Below, piece after piece: positions 28,789 through 36,841 of a stretch of 64,000 nt of DNA (its first letter is position 1; each line of letters opens with the position of its first letter). The translations under genes were made by a program, and so were the position numbers. The stretch spans positions 22,898 to 86,897 of the forward strand of contig CALGLN010000085.1 in the NCBI GenBank assembly GCA_937930835.1. Direction: 5' to 3'. The stretch comes from an uncultured Desulfomonile sp. Its GTDB lineage: Bacteria; Desulfobacterota; Desulfomonilia; Desulfomonilales; Desulfomonilaceae. The notes beneath the pieces were generated by a model. It had not been told where the DNA came from and did no database searches. It saw only the letters and a list, made by a program, of their open reading frames with translations.

Positions 28789-29014
28789 ACTGGACTCCTT
28801 TCTAAAACTTTCTATGCGAACTAGTTAGGTGCAATCGCAAATTCATCCTTTGACGTGACGCCTAATTCAAAATTTGCCAAACAATTTCTAATATAATACA
28901 TATTGAATTCAATGATTGCAATATGTAAATAACTAGATATAACGATCCGGGGATGAACTATTCTTTAGTATTAAAGGTTGATGGCTCTAGCGCCTGTTCA
29001 ATATTGTGATAGCG

Positions 29015-30025
29015 CTAAGCGCGCTCGAACCTTCTCAAAGCATGTTCGATATCATCCGCCAGCTCGTTTGCGCTTGCATATCTCTCTGTCGCGAATGTGG
29101 AAAATCGCATCAGGATTTCATTGAGGTCTGAATGGATATAAGGATAAATCAGTCTGAGATTTGCCACCTGATTCGGAAACACCAACTGCATGTCCTCTAT
29201 GGTGAGGTCGTCAGCAATAACGGGAAACCTTTGGACCGCTTCGGAATATGACAAATAGTCTTTTCCAACGACGAACCCCAATAGTGTTCCCATTTCGAAG
29301 AGATCTCTGGGCTTTAAATCTTCTTTGATGCTGTAGTCGTAATCAAAATCAATCCAGATGAATCTTCCTGATTCCCTTTCAACATAGAGGTGATCCGGTG
29401 ATATATCACCGTGGATCTCCCCCATTTCATGCAGATCGCCCATGGCCCTGTAGGCCTCCACGAGCCTGTCTAAAAGATCCGGTAAAACTTCAGAGTAATA
29501 GCTGTAATGGTCCATTCTTACGGATCTGACCACATTGTCCAGACTCATACCGGCAATTCTTTCAATAATCCTGACGTTGTTGTGGTTTGAGTCAAGTCGA
29601 CTAAAACCCTGCATGAAACCCGAATGTCCTCTTACTCTAGATAGGATTCGAGCTTCTTTTTCAGGGTTCCTCAAGCACGTAGATTTAATTCCTTCAATTC
29701 TGCATTCAAATTCTTCATAAAAAGGAATCTTGATGATCTTTCTGGCGCCTGTAGTCAGGTCCACGCAACTCTTAACCCAGGGCTTCGGTTCTCCTTCAAG
29801 ACCGAATTTCTTTTCCGTTTCCGTCCCTCTCACCAAATATCCGACATCGTCCAAAAGAATTACATCTCCGTAATTCACATCATAAAAGTCGGTCGTATCC
29901 ACCAAAATCCTGTAAATATGACATACGTTGGACTCGGAAACATAGTCTTTTGCTAGTCCGCACCAATCCACACCATTTACATCCGCGGACCTAAGATTGG
30001 AAACACTCGGAGAGCTTTCTGCCAT
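29015..30025 (-). CDS. Atypical protein-kinase-like fold protein (336 aa)
   Basis: Catalytic-loop-like IHGDISPDHLYV and WIDFDYDY (a DFD in place of DFG), with a candidate VAIK-type Lys in KIIKIP. I place the start at ATG 30025. The listed 491-aa ORF extends upstream only by overlapping tspO in another frame. Confidence 0.6.
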   Translation of the reverse strand: MAESSPSVSNLRSADVNGVDWCGLAKDYVSESNVCHIYRILVDTTDFYDVNYGDVILLDDVGYLVRGTETEKKFGLEGEPKPWVKSCVDLTTGARKIIKIPFYEEFECRIEGIKSTCLRNPEKEARILSRVRGHSGFMQGFSRLDSNHNNVRIIERIAGMSLDNVVRSVRMDHYSYYSEVLPDLLDRLVEAYRAMGDLHEMGEIHGDISPDHLYVERESGRFIWIDFDYDYSIKEDLKPRDLFEMGTLLGFVVGKDYLSYSEAVQRFPVIADDLTIEDMQLVFPNQVANLRLIYPYIHSDLNEILMRFSTFATERYASANELADDIEHALRRFERA

Positions 30026-30111
30026 TTTTGTACTGATACCTTGAAATTGGAAAGTTAGCCAAAGCTTGACCTGATGTGATCTATGAAATTTCTGAAAACT
30101 ACTATCTTGAC

Positions 30112-30600
30112 TTAATTTAATTTCCAAATTTGAAAATTCAAGATACCTGCAAACATTACCCAAAGGAAATAGGGTATCAACAGGACCGACGAGACTTTGG
30201 ATATCGGGTAGAAAACACGAATGGTTACGCCTATGGCTACGAGCAGTACTAACAAATCCAGCAAGGCCCATCCTGGTTTCTTTAGGCCAAAGAAAATAAA
30301 AGACCACATGACGTTGAACAGCAGTTGAATCAGGAATACTTTTGCCGGCCTCAAAGTCTGGCCCAAATTTTTTCCGCGAGTTACCAACCACATACTTATT
30401 GACATCAATGAAAAAAGTGCTGTCCAAACTGCTCCGATCGTCCTGCCAGATGGAGTCCACTCCGGTTTTACTAGTGCGCTCTGATACCACCCCTCTACGT
30501 TCCAGCTAGTGAAATAGGCTCCAAGATACGCAGCCCCAAAAGTGATAGCAATTGACAGGAGCAATTTTGCTAAATCGTTCACAAGGTTATTTGTCCACAA
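30112..30600 (-). CDS. tspO: TspO/MBR tryptophan-rich sensory protein (5-TM)
   Basis: 162 aa. WYQSALVKPEWTPSG..IGAVWTALF...LFNVMWSFIFFG...LLIPYFLWVMFAGILN is a classic TspO pattern. TTG start; a nearby GTG is also possible. Confidence 0.85.
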   Translation of the reverse strand: MWTNNLVNDLAKLLLSIAITFGAAYLGAYFTSWNVEGWYQSALVKPEWTPSGRTIGAVWTALFSLMSISMWLVTRGKNLGQTLRPAKVFLIQLLFNVMWSFIFFGLKKPGWALLDLLVLLVAIGVTIRVFYPISKVSSVLLIPYFLWVMFAGILNFQIWKLN

Positions 30601-30737
30601 TCAAATTAAGAATTCTATTCTGGAAACATCAGAACTAAAAAATTAATTATTTGTATGAGATTGAATAGCTTGGAATTACAAAATTTAAGAAGATGGCCTG
30701 TTTTTAGGAAATCTGTTGTGGAAAAAATAGAATTTAG

Positions 30738-30764
30738 CCTGAGAGGAGCAATACTCCTCTCAGG
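30738..30764 (-). terminator. Hairpin terminator after etfA
   Basis: Perfect 11-bp stem CCTGAGAGGAG / CTCCTCTCAGG with a 5-nt loop, 10 nt after the stop at 30774. On the minus strand a T6 run lies 10 nt downstream. Confidence 0.65.
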
Positions 30765-30773
30765 ACAGTCAAC

Positions 30774-31754
30774 CTACTCAGATAAAAGAGCTTTTAATTC
30801 CTTATTGAATTCGGGAACGATTTTGAACAAATCACCGACAATACCATAATCAGCTTTTGTGAATATTGGAGCCTCTGTATCCTTATTAATAGCAACGATA
30901 ACTTTGGAAGATCCCATCCCTGCAAGGTGCTGAATAGATCCTGAAATTCCGCAGGCGATATAGAGATTCGGCGTCACGGTCTTACCCGTCTGGCCAACCT
31001 GATCCGAATGTGCCCTCCAACCAGCGTCTACAGCCGCTCTAGATGCTCCAACAGTTGCTGTTGGGCCCAAAATGGCTACCATCTCTTCCAAAAGGGTGTA
31101 ATCATTACCACCCATGCCTCTACCGCCAGAAACGATTATCTCGGCTTCCGTTAGGTCAACTTTACCGCTGGTGTCGAGATTGAGTTCCTTGGTCGTATAA
31201 GTCGCGCGGCTCGAATCGATTTCCACAGTTATTTTTTCGACTCCTCCGGCCTTGGGGTTTTCAACTGTTTCAAGCACATTTGGCCGTGCAGAAGCAATCT
31301 GGGGATTTCCAGTGGCGCTCCACTCTGCAAAGCACTTGCCGGCATACATCGGTCGTTTACCAACCAATGTGGAACCATCAAGTCTGAAAGAAACACAATC
31401 GGCGATCACTGCAGTTCCGAGCTTGGCAGCCGTTCGAGGCGCCAAATCTTTACCTTGCATGGTGTGGCTGAACAGAACTATCTCAGAACCTTTATCTTTG
31501 ATCACTCCAGCCATAGCCTGAGAGTAATACTCAGAATTGTAAGTCTCCAAAGCAGCTCCTTCAACCACAAATACCTTGTCCACACCGTATTTCGCAAGCT
31601 CAGGGGCGAATTGTTCGGTATCAGGACCTATTAAGACAGCGCCAACTTCTCCACCGAGTGAATCTGCTATCCTGCGAGCTTCACTCGCTAGCTCGAACGC
31701 TGATTTTTTCAATTTCCCAGATTTAACTTCACCGTATATTAGAACCTTACTCAT
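30774..31754 (-). CDS. etfA: Electron transfer flavoprotein alpha subunit (copy 1)
   Basis: 326 aa. C-terminal FAD-binding signature IVSGGRGMG, RAAVDAGW, QVGQTGK.V.P.LYIACGISG..QH..G. Confidence 0.9.
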   Translation of the reverse strand: MSKVLIYGEVKSGKLKKSAFELASEARRIADSLGGEVGAVLIGPDTEQFAPELAKYGVDKVFVVEGAALETYNSEYYSQAMAGVIKDKGSEIVLFSHTMQGKDLAPRTAAKLGTAVIADCVSFRLDGSTLVGKRPMYAGKCFAEWSATGNPQIASARPNVLETVENPKAGGVEKITVEIDSSRATYTTKELNLDTSGKVDLTEAEIIVSGGRGMGGNDYTLLEEMVAILGPTATVGASRAAVDAGWRAHSDQVGQTGKTVTPNLYIACGISGSIQHLAGMGSSKVIVAINKDTEAPIFTKADYGIVGDLFKIVPEFNKELKALLSE

Positions 31755-31795
31755 TGGTCAAAAGCCTCCGTAATAAAAACTTAAGATTAGTGGCC

Positions 31796-32581
31796 TTAAA
31801 TAACTTTGGCCTCGCTCCTCAGAAGACCCACTACTGTCTTTGCCACATCAGCGGGTTCCATACCCTCAAATTTCTGACCGGCTTTTCTCTCTGGCGGCAT
31901 GGTAAAATTGGCGCATTTCAGTTTGGGTTCAGCCGTCACGCCTAAGTCAGCCAAAGTCTTCTTGTCCACCGGTTTTTTCTTGGCCTTCATAATTCCGGGA
32001 AGAGACGCGTAACGTGGCTCATTCAGTCCTTTCTGAGAAGTCACTACGCAAGGTAACGGAGACTCTACTACTTCCTTGCCTCCCTCGACATCCCTTTCGC
32101 ATGTAACGGACTTCTTGTCAGCGGATACTTCCAATTTTGTTACGAGCGTGATCTGGGGAATCTGAAGTAACTCGGCCAAAATGGCTCCGGTTTCTCCCAA
32201 ATCATCGTCAATCGCCCTGTGCCCACAAAAGATAATGTCAAACTCCGCCTGCTTGGCTGCTGCAGCCAATGTCTGGGCTATGCAATACGGGTCTCCCTGA
32301 TTGACAGCATCGTCGTTAACATGTATTCCCTTATCGGCGCCCATTGCTAATGCCGTTCGAATGGCCTCAACCACCCTATCCGGGCCGATGCCTAGAATTG
32401 TGACATCTCCTGCTTTCATTTTCTCCTTAATCCGAAGAGCCTCTTCTACACTAAATTCGTCATAAGGATTAATTACATATTTGATACCGTCAGTAACTAT
32501 TCCTGACCCATCAGCCGCTACCTTTATTTGGGTTTCGGTGTCAGGAACCTGTTTCAAACACACCAAAGATTTCACTGTCAA
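31796..32581 (-). CDS. etfB: Electron transfer flavoprotein beta subunit (copy 1)
   Basis: 261 aa. LVCLKQVPDTE, LGIGPD, FDIIFCGHRAIDDD. Confidence 0.9.
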   Translation of the reverse strand: MTVKSLVCLKQVPDTETQIKVAADGSGIVTDGIKYVINPYDEFSVEEALRIKEKMKAGDVTILGIGPDRVVEAIRTALAMGADKGIHVNDDAVNQGDPYCIAQTLAAAAKQAEFDIIFCGHRAIDDDLGETGAILAELLQIPQITLVTKLEVSADKKSVTCERDVEGGKEVVESPLPCVVTSQKGLNEPRYASLPGIMKAKKKPVDKKTLADLGVTAEPKLKCANFTMPPERKAGQKFEGMEPADVAKTVVGLLRSEAKVI

Positions 32582-32853
32582 ATCTCCTTTCGAAATTAAG
32601 CCTGGTGAAGCAGTTTTTCAAAAACTCCACACTCTAGAGCGACTGGGAACAATCTTCTCGACAGGCCTTGATTATTTCCCCATATCTTTTCGAACAATTG
32701 CGTGAAGATCTACGCTCACAAGTTTTTTTGAGGCGTTTGTGCAACGAATTCTACACCTAAAAAAATAATTATATAACAATTCGCGCAGGTTGGCTATTTT
32801 GTTTTTCAAAAAAATGATTCATTTGTCAATTTCTTTAATCAGTTGCCCGCAAT

Positions 32854-32900
32854 AAAAAAAGCTGGTCGGCTTTCTCTATTTTCCCTAAAACCAAACCAGC
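32854..32900 (-). terminator. Possible rho-independent terminator after the TPR gene
   Basis: Minus strand: GCTGGTT...(long loop)...GACCAGC followed by T7. The ~7-bp stem includes one wobble pair, and the large loop lowers confidence. Confidence 0.4.
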
Positions 32901-32937
32901 GTCTACTTTAGATTATTCCACAAAAAATTAACACGGA

Positions 32938-33732
32938 CTATTTGCTAGCAATTTTTCGCTCCAATTCATTAATTTCTTCCTGGATTTTCTTTTTCATTGA
33001 AGAGTCAGTCTCCATCTGAAATGCCATCTTGTACCATCTCAAGGCTTTTGGCAACTCACCCTTACGTCTTGAAATGAATCCCAAATGTTTTATGGCCATG
33101 CTATTGTTTGGTTCTAAAGCTATGATGCTTCCCAAATCCTTTATCGCCTCATCATATCGACCTAGCTGTTCATAGATGAATGCACGGTTACCTAGTGCGT
33201 TCACCATTTTGGGATTGATCTCTATCAATCTATCAAGATCCTGAAGCGCGTTTTCGTGCTCACCGGTGTCGAAAAACACCGCAGCGCGGTTGATTAGAGC
33301 TTCTGTATTCGAACTGTCCAGGTTTACCGCCTTGGTGAAGTCCTTGATCGCACGTGGAAAATCTCCCATAAGTCGGTAAATCATCCCTCGTGTTAGGTAA
33401 TAGTCATCCTGATCAGGGTTCAGCTTTATTGCCCGGTCTAAATCACTTGCCGCAGCTCCATATTTTCCCTGAATCATCAACACTCTGCCTCTATTGAGAA
33501 AAGCGTCAGGGTTCTTGGACGATGCTTTCAAAGATGCATCAAAATAAGTCAAGGCCTGGTCATATTGCCCTTGGTTGGCACGCTGAATTCCGGTTTGCAA
33601 TAGCTCAGCAGCCTTTGAGTTATCCTGTTGCGGCGCTGACTTTTTAGCAGGGGCCGCCAACACTACGCCAGACCATAGAGTCAGCGCTAAAAGCATGGCC
33701 ATCGAAATCGAACAGTACTTGAGCTTTATCAT
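32938..33732 (-). CDS. Secreted tetratricopeptide-repeat protein
   Basis: 264 aa. The signal peptide is MAMLLALTLWSGVVLAAPA. Repeated A..Y/F..A...P 34-residue TPR periodicity runs throughout. Confidence 0.8.
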   Translation of the reverse strand: MIKLKYCSISMAMLLALTLWSGVVLAAPAKKSAPQQDNSKAAELLQTGIQRANQGQYDQALTYFDASLKASSKNPDAFLNRGRVLMIQGKYGAAASDLDRAIKLNPDQDDYYLTRGMIYRLMGDFPRAIKDFTKAVNLDSSNTEALINRAAVFFDTGEHENALQDLDRLIEINPKMVNALGNRAFIYEQLGRYDEAIKDLGSIIALEPNNSMAIKHLGFISRRKGELPKALRWYKMAFQMETDSSMKKKIQEEINELERKIASK

Positions 33733-34994
33733 TATTTTCGACCTGTTGGAGAATCACTATTGGCTTTGGTCATTGTTGACCCGGCGATAGGCGGCATATC
33801 TTTGAGAAAGAAGGCAAAGAAGTCTTTGGTATAGCTGTCATCATAGCGGTTGAGTGTGTAATTGGCCTGCTCGGGAGATAATTTGGCTTTCCTTACCATA
33901 TTCCCGAACGTATCTCTTATATAAAGGTTGGCTACAATATTATCCGGATTGGCGTCAGCATGCATACCTCTTTCGCAACCAGCCAAAACAAGAGCTTTGG
34001 CCAGATCCTTGCTTCCAATATGATGTCCTATTGCAAAAACAAGGTTACCGTCTTTTCTTATGCCAAAGGCGCTGCGATGAGCCACAAACCAGAAATGTTT
34101 GCCGTCCTGATCTTTTCCACCACCACCCAAAAGGAACCCTAAACCTATCTCTGAATCTTCAATGCGACCCTTTCTCAGAACTGACTGAACGACCATTCCG
34201 TCTTTCACAATAAGATGACGGAGTTGCCGCGCGTCTTGAACAAGACTGACAGGTATGTCCTCAGTCCATTCCCTTATATCCACAGACCCGTCCTTGTAAA
34301 CTATTAGCGTTGCCATTCCTTCTAGCATCGGATAGACCACTTTGCCGCGCCATATGGCTCCTGCGCCCCTGGAATGTCTTTGCATCCACATCGCGTTGGT
34401 GACAGCTAGAATCTTGGAACGCATATCGTTTTCAACTTCTGAATTTCCTTTGGAAGCCGCAGGTTCCTGAGAACCTACGTAATATCGCATGAATGTCAGG
34501 TCCATATCTATGACCATCATGTAAACTACAGCATTAGGAAAATCTACACTTGGTCTATAGAATGTCTTGTAAATAATTGGTCGCCCTTGATTGTCCCGGG
34601 GAGAGCCTGAAGATTCCCAAACTCCTTCGCCTTGCATTGCCGGAGAAGTGTAGAGTGGTTTTATGTTGTCAAGCCGAAGCATGCTGAGGGGATCTCTGGT
34701 AAGAAGGTTAAACTCGCCTCGCTCAGGAAGAATTACAGTCTTTGACAAAAGCTGTTTTTCAGTCACTGAAATCTTGGACGTGTTGGCAACGTTATTTGTC
34801 GTAGCCTCTTGGTCAATTGAACCGCCCGAAGCCTTGGGGCCGGTTCGTGACGTTGATTGAGCCAGGATCTGTGGCTTCTGGATCAACTCGGAATTGCGAG
34901 TGATCTCTGAAGCAATTGATAACCCCGATATTAAAGATAGGATACAGGTAATTGTGACAATAAACGTGAAATATTTTGTGAACAAAATTGCCAC
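33732..34994 (-). CDS. Hypothetical secreted protein, possibly a DUF2233/phosphodiester-glycosidase-like fold
   Basis: 420 aa. N-terminal hydrophobic anchor or signal, then a low-complexity linker. The C-terminal AFGIRKDGNLVFAIGH...DLAKALVLAGCERGMHADANPD loosely resembles DUF2233. Its stop overlaps the TPR start (TAATG). Confidence 0.55.
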   Translation of the reverse strand: MAILFTKYFTFIVTITCILSLISGLSIASEITRNSELIQKPQILAQSTSRTGPKASGGSIDQEATTNNVANTSKISVTEKQLLSKTVILPERGEFNLLTRDPLSMLRLDNIKPLYTSPAMQGEGVWESSGSPRDNQGRPIIYKTFYRPSVDFPNAVVYMMVIDMDLTFMRYYVGSQEPAASKGNSEVENDMRSKILAVTNAMWMQRHSRGAGAIWRGKVVYPMLEGMATLIVYKDGSVDIREWTEDIPVSLVQDARQLRHLIVKDGMVVQSVLRKGRIEDSEIGLGFLLGGGGKDQDGKHFWFVAHRSAFGIRKDGNLVFAIGHHIGSKDLAKALVLAGCERGMHADANPDNIVANLYIRDTFGNMVRKAKLSPEQANYTLNRYDDSYTKDFFAFFLKDMPPIAGSTMTKANSDSPTGRK

Positions 34995-35220
34995 CCTCTA
35001 AAATAAGGATTGAATAATCTTTGAATTAAAATTAGCTTTATTTCCCCCAATGATATAACAATTTGCGATATTTTTCAACATGAATTGAGGTTAACAACTG
35101 GTCCTTATAGCCCGTATACTCTTCATAACACCTTAATATTCAATCGATATAATTGCGCCGACATGGGTCAGGTTGAATTACTTTCATACTAAAGCCCCAT
35201 CTAGAATTTGGATGAAGTAG

Positions 35221-35253
35221 AGATAAAATAACTCTGAGGTAAACCTCTCAGAG
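35221..35253 (-). terminator. Rho-independent terminator after the yqeB-like gene
   Basis: 7-bp stem CTCTGAG / CTCAGAG with an 8-nt loop, followed on the minus strand by TTATTTTATCT. It lies 16 nt after the stop at 35269. Confidence 0.6.
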
Positions 35254-35268
35254 GAATGCGTTTGCAAC

Positions 35269-36126
35269 TCAAATATCAGGCAGGCACAATGACTTGAAAT
35301 TGTGATGAGCTAAAATTGCTTCGAGAACACTCCCTCCAACGGCCCTTGCTTTGTCAGAAATCGTATAGCAATAACGTCTTTCCGAACGAGGGTCGATGTC
35401 ACCAATCTTCGTATACTTGCCGACATATGAACCGTTTCTGATTATTCCCCGCAAAATACCTCTAAGGTTGGATTCAATAAGAGTATCGGCAATTTTACCG
35501 ACAGCAGTTCCACTTTCCACCAAGGCGCCAATTTCAAAATAAGACTCAAAAACACCTTCAACTGGTGATCTTATCACTCGAGCCAAAGTCTGCCCCATGA
35601 TCGAACCAGGAACTCCAGTATTATCTGAGGAATATCCACTAAAAATGAGTCGTCCGAGATCGTGACCGCGATTTGTTTCAACTATGCAGTGACAATCTTT
35701 ACCTGCTTCAAAACCGGGTCCCAAACCAATTACTAATCCGGCGTGATCCATTTTTGTTCCAAGATTTCTTTTTGCCAATATTGCATCTACAAGGATGTCC
35801 GGTTTTAGCCCTGAAAGGCATTCTAGCCAAGGATCAACTATAACGGCGATTTTGTAGCGGTTCCAAATAAGAAAGACATCTTCAATATTCTTCGCCAATG
35901 CGGCTTCAATTTTTTCAACAGTGGCTTCCTCATCGAAGACTGCTTCACAGAAAGATACCTTACGCCTGACTGCAATCGGGTTTTGAATTTCGGTCATCAC
36001 CAATTTTTGAAAACCAGATCGCCAAAGTCGATGCGCCACGCCGCTTGCAATTTCACCAGCCCCTCTAATTAGAACCGTCTTATCGAAAAGTGAACGATCT
36101 CCAGACAAAGCTGTTTTAGGCTCCAA
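35269..36126 (-). CDS. YqeB/EF2563-family protein (selenium-dependent molybdenum hydroxylase system accessory protein family)
   Basis: 285 aa. VLIRGAGEIASGVAHRLWRSGF, AVRRKVSFCEAV, VDAILAKRNLGT, ETNRGHDLGR, GDIDPR, CYTISDKARAVGGSVLEAIL. These match my memory of the TIGR03309-type family. The start is non-ATG (TTG) and overlaps the trx stop. Confidence 0.6.
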   Translation of the reverse strand: MEPKTALSGDRSLFDKTVLIRGAGEIASGVAHRLWRSGFQKLVMTEIQNPIAVRRKVSFCEAVFDEEATVEKIEAALAKNIEDVFLIWNRYKIAVIVDPWLECLSGLKPDILVDAILAKRNLGTKMDHAGLVIGLGPGFEAGKDCHCIVETNRGHDLGRLIFSGYSSDNTGVPGSIMGQTLARVIRSPVEGVFESYFEIGALVESGTAVGKIADTLIESNLRGILRGIIRNGSYVGKYTKIGDIDPRSERRYCYTISDKARAVGGSVLEAILAHHNFKSLCLPDI

Positions 36127-36589
36127 ACTCTTTCAATGCTTTCATAAGAGTTTCCTTTGGGACTACGCCAAAAAAAGAACCTTTGATTTCTCCATCCCTG
36201 ATTAGAAATAAGGCAGGTATCTTGGTAATTCCGAATCTACGCGCTATCATATTCTTGTCCGTGTCCATTTTTCCAATTACCGCTTTACCCTTAAGTTCAT
36301 CTGCTAGTTCTTCCATTATTGGTTCAAGCATCCGGCACGGAAAACACCAATCCGCATAAAAATCAACAAGAACAGGACTTGCCTTGGATGCCTCTATGAC
36401 TTCTATTTCAAAATTTTCATCAGTAAATATTTTGACGTTCTTAGCATTTTTCTGCGTCGTTGATTGCGGGCTGATTGAGTCAAGAAAAGGCACTTTGGTT
36501 CCGCTACGGTGAAGTGACCAAACGACAATCGATGCCCCGATAATTATAAATATCGCTAGAGACAAGACTACGATTTGAGATTTCTTCAT
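36116..36589 (-). CDS. Membrane-anchored thioredoxin (N-terminal TM helix, WCFPC active site)
   Basis: 157 aa with GGAGG 5 nt upstream. MKKSQIVVLSLAIFIIIGASIVVW forms the anchor, and VLVDFYADWCFPCRM is the Trx motif. Confidence 0.8.
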   Translation of the reverse strand: MKKSQIVVLSLAIFIIIGASIVVWSLHRSGTKVPFLDSISPQSTTQKNAKNVKIFTDENFEIEVIEASKASPVLVDFYADWCFPCRMLEPIMEELADELKGKAVIGKMDTDKNMIARRFGITKIPALFLIRDGEIKGSFFGVVPKETLMKALKEFGA

Positions 36590-36841
36590 CTATCCTCCGA
36601 CAAAAGTCTGGAATTAACCGAAACCCTGTTTTTCAGAACAAAAGATGGCTTTGCCTTTGGTTGCCTGAATATGGCGTGAACCTCTGGCAGTATTACTAAT
36701 CTTAATACCTCGATGATATCCACACAATACTAAGTTCATAAGTTGTTTTCAGGTCGATTCCAACCTTTTTTCTAAACAATTTGCCGCCAATTAAATCTTT
36801 AACATTTGGTCGCAGAAATAACGATAGCGATATTGGTCAGT

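Noticed and set aside
30026-30490. The N-terminal 155 codons of the listed 491-aa ORF (29015..30490).
   Set aside because: This extension overlaps the well-supported tspO gene (30112-30600) on the same strand in another frame, and its translation has no recognisable features. The kinase-like similarity starts only after the internal ATG at 30025, so I treat the extension as an ORF-caller artefact.
36633-36764. A 43-aa minus-strand ORF (MNLVLCGYHRGIKISN...) in the priA-trx spacer.
   Set aside because: It has no SD and no recognisable family, and its size is typical of a chance ORF in a 250-bp spacer.
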